DNA of 64,000 nucleotides from Lachnospiraceae bacterium (lineage in GTDB: Bacteria > Bacillota > Clostridia > Lachnospirales > Lachnospiraceae), in assembly GCA_017439675.1 (NCBI GenBank), contig JAFSIQ010000007.1, positions 20,310 to 84,309 of the forward strand, read 5' to 3'. Shown piece by piece: positions 1 through 8,162 of this stretch. The position numbers and the translations under genes are program-made. Below the pieces are notes generated by a model. The model was not told where the DNA came from and ran no database searches. It saw only the letters and a program-made list of their open reading frames with translations. Numbering within the stretch: the stretch's first letter is position 1; each line of letters begins with the position of its first letter.

Positions 1-104
1 TGACTCTTTTAGGAAATGATATAGAGCAATTGTCTGTTCAGGTTAATAAACTATGGGACTGAAAGAAAAGCATAATATTGAAAGCTGGATTAGGAGAAAT
101 GGTT

Positions 105-719
105 ATGAATGGAGAACTTTATATTAAAAAATTGAAAGAAGCATATGAAAAACGTGGCTTGGCAGATAAATGGAATCATGTTTTCGACATAGCACATGGT
201 ATATCGAAAGAAGATAAGGAATTGCTGTTAAAGGAGTATCCTGAGTTTCCAAGCAGTTTGATGGAAATTTTGGAAATGATAGATGGAACCTATTGGAGAC
301 AATATAGGGATGAAGAAGTAACGCATTACTTCTTTGGTTCAGATGTGGATGATGGAGAGTACCCATATTATTTGTGTTCTGCCAAAGACATAATGGACAA
401 TAAGGATAGTGCGTCCAATTTTGGAGATTTGTTTTATTACTTTTTGGAAGAGTTCGATGAGGATTTTGGTCCATTTATTGACGATAAAATCCAGATGGAT
501 GCAGATAAGTTAAAATGGTTGAACTTTTCGGATTGTATGAATAATGGTGGAACATCTAGTCTGTTTGTTGACTTTACACCATCGGAAAAAGGAACGAAGG
601 GGCAAATTGTCCGATATTTGCACGACCCCGATGAACTGAAGGTGATTGCTGACAGTTTTGATGAGTTTTTGGAAATGTTGATTGAGAATGATTTTAGATT
701 TATTCATGAAGATGATTGA
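105..719 (+). CDS. SMI1/KNR4 (SUKH-1)-like protein, probable immunity-type protein
   Basis: Track ORF 78..719. AGGAG at 92-96 sits 8 nt before ATG 105. About 204 aa, very acidic, with SUKH-like blocks (KELLLKEYPEFPSSLMEILEMIDG ... LFVDF ... DSFDEFLEMLIEND). Family call is from recalled sequence pattern only. Confidence 0.6.
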   Translation: MNGELYIKKLKEAYEKRGLADKWNHVFDIAHGISKEDKELLLKEYPEFPSSLMEILEMIDGTYWRQYRDEEVTHYFFGSDVDDGEYPYYLCSAKDIMDNKDSASNFGDLFYYFLEEFDEDFGPFIDDKIQMDADKLKWLNFSDCMNNGGTSSLFVDFTPSEKGTKGQIVRYLHDPDELKVIADSFDEFLEMLIENDFRFIHEDD

Positions 720-936
720 TTTTACAAAGAAGATAAATGGAGCAGTGATATAAATTGGAATTGCAGTGGAATTACATTTGATTTAAATTGACAAGAGAAT
801 TCATAGGTGAAGAGGCGAATATTTATAAAATAGTTTTATAAAAGGAAGTCAGTATATATAATTGGCATTAAAAGTTAAGATGATAAAATTCGATTTGGAA
901 AAGGAACAACTATTAGAAGCAATAAAATATTAGGTG

Positions 937-965
937 TTTACAGAAAAGCGGTTTAATGTTATTAT
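937..965 (+). promoter_or_regulatory. sigma-A-type promoter candidate (TTTACA-17-TATTAT, TGn extended -10)
   Basis: TTTACA 937-942, 17-nt spacer, TG 957-958, TATTAT 960-965. Downstream there is only about 95 nt of non-coding sequence before the terminator at 1021-1066. Confidence 0.35.
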
Positions 966-971
966 GATTGT

Positions 972-1066
972 ATAAAAAGGTGCTACCGATAGACGGTTAG
1001 CCCTAAAATATAAGATTAGTAAAAATAACCGCCGAGTTTTCTAGGACAGGGCGGTTATTTTTGTGT
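972..1066 (+). ncRNA. candidate cis-antisense sRNA (putative type I antitoxin RNA)
   Basis: Inferred only from the promoter at 937-965 plus the shared terminator. It would overlap the 3' end of the convergent small-ORF mRNA by about 45 nt. No expression data. Confidence 0.25.
1021..1066. terminator. bidirectional rho-independent terminator
   Basis: AAATAACCGCC (1023-1033) pairs with GGCGGTTATTT (1050-1060), 16-nt loop. A-run on the left and T-run on the right give a U-tract on either strand. Confidence 0.7.
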
Positions 1067-1153
1067 CTTGCTACTCTTTCCAATTGAATAGCCAAGACTA
1101 AAGCAAGTAATACATAAGCTGATAACAGTCATTAAGCTTTCTATGGTCATCAT
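1055..1153 (-). CDS. 32-aa hydrophobic peptide, type I toxin-like (holin-like-toxin style)
   Basis: Not in the track (<60 aa). Minus-strand ATG at 1153, TAA at 1057-1055: MMTIESLMTVISLCITCFSLGYSIGKSSKTQK. GGAGGA lies 8 nt upstream. One predicted TM helix plus a Lys-rich tail. Own promoter and terminator. Confidence 0.5.
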   Translation of the reverse strand: MMTIESLMTVISLCITCFSLGYSIGKSSKTQK

Positions 1154-1263
1154 AAGCAATATCCTCCGCAATAAATTTCTGCAAGCAGATATCTATGTAA
1201 ACAGAGGTCACAGTCCTCCGTAGAAGACTAACCACCTACCGTGATATGGTAACACCTATGTTA

Positions 1264-1292
1264 ATTATAACGCATAAACACAATGCGTGCAA
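1264..1292 (-). promoter_or_regulatory. sigma-A-type promoter for the small ORF (TTGCAC-17-TATAAT)
   Basis: Minus strand: TTGCAC = complement of 1287-1292, 17-nt spacer, TATAAT = complement of 1264-1269. Predicts a 5' UTR of about 100 nt. Confidence 0.5.
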
Positions 1293-1338
1293 TACTGTTT
1301 GAGGTATTATGATTTCGAATAAAGATGGAGGAGTACTT

Positions 1339-2196
1339 ATGACAATAACTAATATTTTTGATGCTACATTGTGTGGTGATTTGGAAAAGATAAAATATTA
1401 TTATGATGGAAACATTAATTGTGTTAATGAATCTACGAAGCTTAATTTATTGCAAACAGTAATGTGTGGAAAAGAAAAATATAGAGAACGACTTGATATT
1501 ATTTTGTTTTTGATACAAGAGGGAATTGAGGTTAATTCGCAGGAAGGTAAAAATAAACAAAATGCTTTGCATTTGTTGTACTCATCTTCAACGATAAAAG
1601 ATGAAGAATTTATATTATCTGCCACAAAAATATTAGTTTCTGCGGGAATGGATGTTAATCAAAAAGATAAATTTGGAGCAATACCATTGTCTTATTTGAT
1701 TGCAGGAAAACTGGAAAATAGCAAAATAAAGCCTATTTTAATATTTTTAATTGAATCTGGAACAAAATGTAATGAGAAAGATAATTATGGAAACTCATGT
1801 GTAGATTATGCGAAACAATTTTCTTGGCGAGAAGATATTTTGGAGATTATGAAATGTACACTGAACACAAAACAGCTTAACGTAGCACAGGAAGCAATGA
1901 TTGAATGGTTAGCAGACTCACATGAGTTGGGCAAAAGACCGAATAAAATTGAATGTGCAGGGGAATTTGAGTTTAACAAAATGCGTTATTATATTTTTAA
2001 GTTTAAAACCGGCTTATTTGGAAAATGGCTTGTTGGTGTATGTGGAGGTTTTGAAGAGGATTGTTTGGAGCCTTGTGGGCATATATATAGTGACATGCAA
2101 GCTTATAATGAGGCTACCGCACAAAGTGAGTGTATTGCTATGGTAGAAAAAATTATGGCATACTGGATAGAACAAGCAAAAAAATTTGAAAACTAG
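1339..2196 (+). CDS. ankyrin-repeat protein with uncharacterised Cys/His-containing C-terminal domain
   Basis: Track ORF 1309..2196. GGAGGA precedes ATG 1339. Ankyrin-like units (NALHLL..., ILVSAGMDVNQKDKFGAIPLSYLI, FLIESGTKCNEKDNYGNSCVDYA). The C-terminal ~110 aa (..GVCGGFEEDCLEPCGHIY..) is not recognised. Confidence 0.7.
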   Translation: MTITNIFDATLCGDLEKIKYYYDGNINCVNESTKLNLLQTVMCGKEKYRERLDIILFLIQEGIEVNSQEGKNKQNALHLLYSSSTIKDEEFILSATKILVSAGMDVNQKDKFGAIPLSYLIAGKLENSKIKPILIFLIESGTKCNEKDNYGNSCVDYAKQFSWREDILEIMKCTLNTKQLNVAQEAMIEWLADSHELGKRPNKIECAGEFEFNKMRYYIFKFKTGLFGKWLVGVCGGFEEDCLEPCGHIYSDMQAYNEATAQSECIAMVEKIMAYWIEQAKKFEN

Positions 2197-2252
2197 GAAT
2201 GTGAGAGTGCTTTATTTTGAGGTATTGAGCAATTTTAATGGAGGAATATTGA

Positions 2253-2639
2253 ATGGATGATAAGAAGATTCAAAAGTATATGACAATGTATATGAGTCTT
2301 GGTATGTGTTTTGGCGTAGCTGGTGGGCTTATAATGGGGTTGCTTTTCTTTTCGGATAATATGGCAATGGGATCGTGCTATGGACTACCTATTGGTATGT
2401 GTTTAGGCATGGCGATTGGCTCAGCAAAGGATAAGAGACTTTCTGAAAATATGATGGAAGTATGTAGAATTGAGGATATAAAAGATTCTACAAATAAGTT
2501 CATTTATGCTATGGATAAAAGTGGCGTTGAAAAAGAGTATAAGGTAACGGAGCGTCAAATGAAAGACGAGAAATTTTCAGTGGGTGACAGGGTTGCCGAA
2601 GAGACCGATGGTAGTTTAGTGTCGTTAGAAAGTCGTTAG
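2253..2639 (+). CDS. small membrane protein (Gly/Met-rich two-helix N-terminus plus soluble C-terminal half)
   Basis: 128-aa ORF, GGAGG upstream. N-terminus LGMCFGVAGGLIMGLLFF...GLPIGMCLGMAIGSA looks like glycine-zipper TM helices. No family recognised. Confidence 0.55.
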   Translation: MDDKKIQKYMTMYMSLGMCFGVAGGLIMGLLFFSDNMAMGSCYGLPIGMCLGMAIGSAKDKRLSENMMEVCRIEDIKDSTNKFIYAMDKSGVEKEYKVTERQMKDEKFSVGDRVAEETDGSLVSLESR

Positions 2640-2808
2640 CTTGAAAGTGGAAGTAATGATACTAATAAAAGGAACCGAGTACCTCGATTGGCTAGATAAA
2701 AATCTGCGTACGGTAAAAATCGGTTCCCTTCGATTATTATAATGGATATAATAGAAAAAGCAAGGATGATAGCCTTTATTTTTGAATAAATATAATAAGG
2801 ACAATAAA

Positions 2809-4182
2809 ATGAAAAAAGAAAAGAAAAATGTAACATCAAAACAGAATATAGAACAGGCGAAGAACAAGGCAGATGAAAAAGTAGAAAAGAAAACAGACAA
2901 GAAAACTTTGCGAAAGGAACAGCTTGCTTGGGATAAGCTAGACAACACTGCCAATCTTTTCCCTGTGATTGCCAATGAGGATATGACAAATGTGTATCGT
3001 ATCTCGGTAAATCTCACAGAGGAAATTGACCGTGTGTTGTTACAGGAAGCGTTAAATCGCATCTTGCCACAGTTTTCTATCTTTCGTATGCGTTTGCGCA
3101 TGGGCTTTTTCTGGTACTATTTTGAGGAGAACATGAATCCTGCGCCTATTGTGAGAGAGGAGTATTCTCATCCCGGAGCATACATTGACAAGAGTAGGAA
3201 TCATCATTATATGTTCCGCGTAACTTATCATAAATGTAGAATCAACCTAGAGGTGTTCCATGCACTCACTGACGGTGCAGGCGGATTGATTTTCTTGAAA
3301 GAGCTAGTGTATCAGTATCTGCGTCTTCGCCATCCAGAGATTTTGGAGCATGATAAGGATAGAATTTCCGCAGGTGTTTTCATGGATAAGGAAGACAGCT
3401 ATGTGAAAAATTTCAAGAAGGGACATTCAAAGGTATATAAGTCAGAAAGAGCGTTGACGCTCAAGGGGGAGTGGGTGCCTAAGGGAGAAATGGGCGTGAT
3501 GCATGGATATTTGCCTGTTGATCAGTTGAAACGAGCTAGCAAGTCTTATGGTGTGACTATCAATCAGTATTTGGTTGGAACCTTTGTCTATGCAATATAT
3601 AAGAATTACTTAAAGTGCCAGCCTAGCAAATATCCGATTCGCTGTTGTGTACCAGTGAATTTACGACCTTATTATAACTCACACACCATGAAGAATTTCT
3701 TTGCCATGGTGTTTGCAACCTTTCAGCCAGAGAGAGATGATTATACATTTGAGGAAGTGTTAGAGATTGTGGCAAAGGATTTAAAGGAACAGGTTACGCC
3801 AGAGAATCTAGATAACATTATGTCCTACAATGTGTCTAACGAAAAGAAGTGGATTCTACGGGCAGTTCCGTTGGTGCTTAAGAACTTTGTGTTAAAGCAG
3901 GTATATGGTATGTCAGCGAAGGCGACGTCGGCAACTGTTACCAATATTGGTAATATCGAGCTCAAAGAACCGTACCAGCAGTATGTAGATCATTTCACCG
4001 CGATACTATCCATGTCCAAGGGTCAGAATATGAAGGGAACTGTTTGTTCCTATAACGGTGTGCTCACATTTACATTTAGTTCTATACTTATGGATACAGC
4101 AATTCAAAGAGGCTTTTTCCAGAAGCTTTCCGAGGATGGTGTCACAGTTTCAATAGAAAGTAATGGGGTAATGTATGAATAA
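2809..4182 (+). CDS. HxxxD acyltransferase (alcohol acetyltransferase / condensation-domain-like)
   Basis: Track ORF 2782..4182; ATG 2809 preferred. Catalytic-type motif HALTDGAGG (HxxxDG). Lys-rich N-terminal tail followed by WDKLDNTANLFPVI, as I recall for Firmicute AATase-like proteins. Confidence 0.7.
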   Translation: MKKEKKNVTSKQNIEQAKNKADEKVEKKTDKKTLRKEQLAWDKLDNTANLFPVIANEDMTNVYRISVNLTEEIDRVLLQEALNRILPQFSIFRMRLRMGFFWYYFEENMNPAPIVREEYSHPGAYIDKSRNHHYMFRVTYHKCRINLEVFHALTDGAGGLIFLKELVYQYLRLRHPEILEHDKDRISAGVFMDKEDSYVKNFKKGHSKVYKSERALTLKGEWVPKGEMGVMHGYLPVDQLKRASKSYGVTINQYLVGTFVYAIYKNYLKCQPSKYPIRCCVPVNLRPYYNSHTMKNFFAMVFATFQPERDDYTFEEVLEIVAKDLKEQVTPENLDNIMSYNVSNEKKWILRAVPLVLKNFVLKQVYGMSAKATSATVTNIGNIELKEPYQQYVDHFTAILSMSKGQNMKGTVCSYNGVLTFTFSSILMDTAIQRGFFQKLSEDGVTVSIESNGVMYE

Positions 4183-4870
4183 ATGCAGATATTGTAATGT
4201 AATTGTATATGATAACACAGAAGTGTGTCCGCTTTGTCATAGTGTGCTAGACGAAATGAGCGAGGCAGAACAGCAAGAAATATATACACGTATGCCAAAG
4301 GAGTCGCCTTATCCGGATGTGAGAAAACGTACCAAGAGACTTCATTTTGTCATGCGGTTGATTTTGTTTTTGTTTATACTAACAGGAATTGGTTTGGTAA
4401 TAATCAATCATTATACAACACCACATTTCTGGTGGTCCGGTATTTGCATCGTTGCCATGATTTATACATATCTTTCTATGGTTTACTGGATTAACCATGA
4501 TGCAGGATATGCAGCAAAGATTGGATTGCAGTTAATACTCACAATGTTATTACTACTGGGAATTGATTATTTTACAGGTATGAGTAAATGGTCCCTGAAA
4601 TGGGCGATACCAGGTGTGATTCTGTTTGGTGACGCAATTGTGTTCTTTCTTATGATGTTGAACCGCCAACATTGGTATAGCTACACATTATTATTGCTGC
4701 TGATTGCACTTTGCAGTGTGGGGATTATAAGCCTGTATTTTGTAGGATATATTACAAATATTGTGTTGCCAGTAACCTGTGCTGGTGTGACCGGCATTTA
4801 CTTGCTTGGAACCATTATATTCGGTGATAGAGAGTTGAAGCGTGAGTTAAAACGAAGGTTTCATGTGTGA
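4175..4870 (+). CDS. zinc-ribbon membrane protein (DUF6320-like)
   Basis: ATG 4175 overlaps the upstream stop (4180-4182) by 8 nt. N-terminus CRYCNVIVYDNTEVCPLCH (CxxC...CxxC), followed by about 5 TM helices. Confidence 0.65.
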   Translation: MNKCRYCNVIVYDNTEVCPLCHSVLDEMSEAEQQEIYTRMPKESPYPDVRKRTKRLHFVMRLILFLFILTGIGLVIINHYTTPHFWWSGICIVAMIYTYLSMVYWINHDAGYAAKIGLQLILTMLLLLGIDYFTGMSKWSLKWAIPGVILFGDAIVFFLMMLNRQHWYSYTLLLLLIALCSVGIISLYFVGYITNIVLPVTCAGVTGIYLLGTIIFGDRELKRELKRRFHV

Positions 4871-4951
4871 GAAAACTTGCAACAATGAAGATAGATGCAC
4901 TCATGTGAAAAGTGCGTGATATGAGTGTATATTGGATAGAGGATAATAACA

Positions 4952-6004
4952 ATGGAAAACAAGGTCAGTGTTCGTGGTCGCATGGCGAGAAAAATGGTGG
5001 AGATAGCCAACCATTTATCACCTGTAGCAGACAATGGTTCGAAAAGTGAATTGAGAGATAAGCTATTTGCAAGGGATTGGAAATGTCCAGAACATCTACA
5101 GTTGATTGGGATAGAGATGGAGACCTTTCACATGGAGCTTCTAAGAGAGCGAATGTCGGTTGAAGAAAGAGACTGTTTTATTGAGCACAAGGAAACGGCT
5201 GAGCACCAGAAGAGTGTTGATGAGTGGAATGGTAAGAGTTTTGGGCAAACAGACATTCAAAATGATGAATCAATGGATAATGCATGGAGATATACCCCTA
5301 ATCCGAAGGGTATCATCTTCCAACTTCACGGTGGTGGATATTATTTGGATATGAACAATTCCTACCGTGATGTGGCAGTACAGTATAGGGATGTCAGTGG
5401 TGGAATGGATGTATTAACCATTGATTACCGTGTTGCACCAGCTTTTCCGTACCCAGCAGCGCTAGAGGATGCGTTAGAAGCATACCAATGGATATTAGAA
5501 CAGGGATATGAAGGTAGCGATATTGTAGTGGCAGGTGATTCCGCTGGTGGTGGATTGGGACTTGCCCTATGTCTTTATTTACGCGACAATGACATGCCAT
5601 TACCAAAGAGCGTGATTACTATGTCTGCATGGACAGATTTGACATGCACCGGGGAATCATACGAGAAGAATTTTAATATTGACCCAGTGTTTGGTGGAAC
5701 GAGGGATAGTGTAGTATTTCAGAATGAATATTATCGAAATGATAGTCCTGAAAATCCATATATATCACCAGTGTTTGGGAAGTATGATGGCTTTCCACCG
5801 ATGCTAATGCAGGTTGGAGAGTGTGAGATGTTACTAAGTGATACCGTTACCGTAGCGGAGAAAGCGAAGGCGGCGGGAGTTAAGGTTAATATGCACATTT
5901 ATCCTGGCATGTTTCATATCTTCCAAAAAGGGATGAGTATGTATCCAGAGTCAAAAATGGCTTGGGATGAAGTTGGGAGATTTTTAAGAGGGGAGAAATT
6001 ATGA
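4952..6004 (+). CDS. alpha/beta hydrolase, family IV (HSL-like) esterase/lipase
   Basis: Oxyanion-hole motif LHGGGYY, nucleophile elbow GDSAGGG, C-terminal HIF histidine region. About 110 aa of N-terminal extension. Confidence 0.85.
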   Translation: MENKVSVRGRMARKMVEIANHLSPVADNGSKSELRDKLFARDWKCPEHLQLIGIEMETFHMELLRERMSVEERDCFIEHKETAEHQKSVDEWNGKSFGQTDIQNDESMDNAWRYTPNPKGIIFQLHGGGYYLDMNNSYRDVAVQYRDVSGGMDVLTIDYRVAPAFPYPAALEDALEAYQWILEQGYEGSDIVVAGDSAGGGLGLALCLYLRDNDMPLPKSVITMSAWTDLTCTGESYEKNFNIDPVFGGTRDSVVFQNEYYRNDSPENPYISPVFGKYDGFPPMLMQVGECEMLLSDTVTVAEKAKAAGVKVNMHIYPGMFHIFQKGMSMYPESKMAWDEVGRFLRGEKL

Positions 6005-7554
6005 GTATTTTAAACGTTGAACATCTAACTCACGGTTTTGGTGACCGTGCGATTTTTGAGGATGTATCCTTTCGCTTGTTGAAGGGTGAGCATATTGGAC
6101 TGATTGGAGCTAATGGTGAAGGTAAGTCTACATTTATGAATATTGTAACAGGAAAGCTGATGCCAGATGAGGGTAAGGTAGAATGGGCGAAAAATGTCCG
6201 AGTAGGCTATCTTGACCAGCACTCCACTTTAGAAAAGGGTATGACAGTGGAAAGCGTATTGAAGACTGCATTTAGCTGGCTATTTGAACAGGAAGAACGA
6301 ATGAACCAAATCTGTGATGCGTTGGGTGAAGCGAATCCAGAGGATATGGATGCCATGATGGAAGAGCTTGCGGTAATTCAGGATAATCTGACCTTGCATG
6401 ATTTTTATATGATAGATGCCAAGGTGGAGGAAGTGGCAAGAGCATTTGGGTTACTGGAACTTGGCTTAGATAAGGACGTTATGGATTTGAGCGGTGGTAA
6501 CCGCATGAAGGTGCTGCTAGCAAAGCTTTTGCTAGAAAAGCCAGATATCCTCTTGTTGGATGAGCCGACCAACTACTTAGACGCAGAGCATATCACATGG
6601 TTAAAGAGATATCTGCAGGAATATGAGAACGCATTTATTTTGATATCCCATGATATTCCATTTTTAAATGAGGTTATTAATATCATATATCACATGGAAA
6701 ACCAGCACCTTGACCGTTATGTAGGAGATTACAACAAGTTCCAAGAGGTATACGAGGTTAAAAAATCCCAGTTAGAAGCTGCATACCGCAAGCAACAGCA
6801 GGAGATTAGTGAATTAAAGGATTTCGTTGCCCGCAATAAGGCGAGAGTTGCTACAAGAAATATGGCAATGTCTCGTCAGAAGAAGTTAGACAAGATGGAT
6901 GTCATTGAGCTTGCTGCAGAACGACCAAAGCCACAGTTTAACTTTAAGATAGGAAGAACTCCTGGCAAGTACATATTTGAGACAAAGGATTTGGTGATTG
7001 GATATGGAGAACCACTTTCCAAACCACTTAATATTTCTCTGGAGCGTGGTCAGAAGATTGCCATTGTGGGAGCCAATGGAATTGGTAAAACCACGTTATT
7101 AAAGAGTATTTTAGGGTTGATTCCGGCATTAGAGGGTAGCGTAGAGTTAGGAGAGAACTTAGAAATTGGATATTTTGAGCAGGAGATAAAAGGTGAAAAC
7201 CGCAACAGTACCATCCAGGAAATATGGGAGGAGTTCCCTGCATTTACTCAGTATGAAGTGCGTTCTGCCTTGGCAAAATGCGGTCTTACTACAAAACACA
7301 TTGAAAGTCAGTTCCGAGTACTAAGTGGTGGCGAACAGGCAAAGGTGAGATTATGCAAATTGATTAACAGAGAAACTAACGTCTTGTTATTGGACGAGCC
7401 AACCAATCATTTAGACGTAGATGCAAAGGATGAGTTGAAGCGGGCATTGAAGGAATACCGTGGTACCATCTTACTAATTTGTCATGAGCCAGAGTTTTAT
7501 CAGGACATCGTGGGAGCGGTATGGGATTGTTCCAAGTGGACGACGAAGATGTAG
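6001..7554 (+). CDS. ABC-F family ATPase (translation-associated, no TM domain)
   Basis: Two NBDs (GANGEGKST / GANGIGKTT; LSGGNRMK / LSGGEQAK; LLLDEPTN twice) joined by a ~60-aa basic linker. The start ATG overlaps the esterase stop (ATGA at 6001-6004). Confidence 0.9.
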   Translation: MSILNVEHLTHGFGDRAIFEDVSFRLLKGEHIGLIGANGEGKSTFMNIVTGKLMPDEGKVEWAKNVRVGYLDQHSTLEKGMTVESVLKTAFSWLFEQEERMNQICDALGEANPEDMDAMMEELAVIQDNLTLHDFYMIDAKVEEVARAFGLLELGLDKDVMDLSGGNRMKVLLAKLLLEKPDILLLDEPTNYLDAEHITWLKRYLQEYENAFILISHDIPFLNEVINIIYHMENQHLDRYVGDYNKFQEVYEVKKSQLEAAYRKQQQEISELKDFVARNKARVATRNMAMSRQKKLDKMDVIELAAERPKPQFNFKIGRTPGKYIFETKDLVIGYGEPLSKPLNISLERGQKIAIVGANGIGKTTLLKSILGLIPALEGSVELGENLEIGYFEQEIKGENRNSTIQEIWEEFPAFTQYEVRSALAKCGLTTKHIESQFRVLSGGEQAKVRLCKLINRETNVLLLDEPTNHLDVDAKDELKRALKEYRGTILLICHEPEFYQDIVGAVWDCSKWTTKM

Positions 7555-7585
7555 CTTGGTTTTAGGAAAGAGAGGGATATTGCAT

Positions 7586-8143
7586 ATGAAATTAAAAGAG
7601 CACCCATGGTTAATATTTTTAATAATCGTTTGTTTGATAATGGGGAGTGGACTATTGATGGGCATGGTTTTCGATAATGATATTAGTGGTCAAATTCTTT
7701 CCCATGAATTATTACAGATTATGAAAATGCAGATTTTAGCGGACAGATTACAAAGATTGTGCGGACTCGGTCTGTTGTTTCTAATTCTAGCGATTGGAAA
7801 TTATATTTATGCATTTCATAATGAGTTTAATGAGAATGCTATTAAAAAAATTTTGCTATGTACTATCTTCGGGATGGTCTTCTTCGGTGCTGTTCTCGTA
7901 AAGGCGGTTCCGTTGTTGGTACAGGATGCACAGGTGCGGATTGGAACTGTTTGCGATAAGGATTCAGATTATCGCAGGCAAAGCAGATTTTGCTATCTTA
8001 TTTTTGAGGATGGGGAAAAACTGAATGTGCCAGATAGGATGTACGACCATACGGAAATAGGAGACAATTTCTACACTGTGTATTGTGGAAATGAATTGAT
8101 TGAAGTTTTGAATATGGAGGATTACCAACTGCCTGTGGAATAA
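7586..8143 (+). CDS. hypothetical membrane protein
   Basis: Track ORF 7484..8143 overlaps the ABC-F end; ATG 7586 (MKLKEHPWLIFLIIV...) preferred. Three hydrophobic helices plus a ~70-aa C-terminal domain. No family recognised. Confidence 0.5.
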   Translation: MKLKEHPWLIFLIIVCLIMGSGLLMGMVFDNDISGQILSHELLQIMKMQILADRLQRLCGLGLLFLILAIGNYIYAFHNEFNENAIKKILLCTIFGMVFFGAVLVKAVPLLVQDAQVRIGTVCDKDSDYRRQSRFCYLIFEDGEKLNVPDRMYDHTEIGDNFYTVYCGNELIEVLNMEDYQLPVE

Positions 8144-8162
8144 AAATAGAAGGGAAAAGGCG

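Noticed and set aside
2625-3101. Antisense ORFs 2625..3101 (158 aa) and 2636..2989 (117 aa) opposite the start of the acyltransferase gene
   Set aside because: Their low-complexity Phe/Ser/Leu-rich translations are the mirror image of the Lys/Glu-rich + strand coding sequence. They have no RBS and overlap a + strand gene that has a clear catalytic motif.
6001-7554. ABC-F protein as an antibiotic-resistance (ARE) ribosome-protection factor, given its coupling to an esterase
   Set aside because: The inter-NBD linker is short (~60 aa), like housekeeping ABC-Fs rather than the extended ARD of Vga/Lsa/Msr/OptrA-type proteins. This cannot be settled without phylogeny, so no resistance claim is made.
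7484-7585. Upstream extension of ORF 7484..8143 overlapping the ABC-F 3' end; similarly 15250..15321 ahead of the HD gene
   Set aside because: The internal ATGs (7586 and 15322) follow the upstream stop codons and begin sensible N-termini. The extensions are out-of-frame overlaps of better-supported genes.
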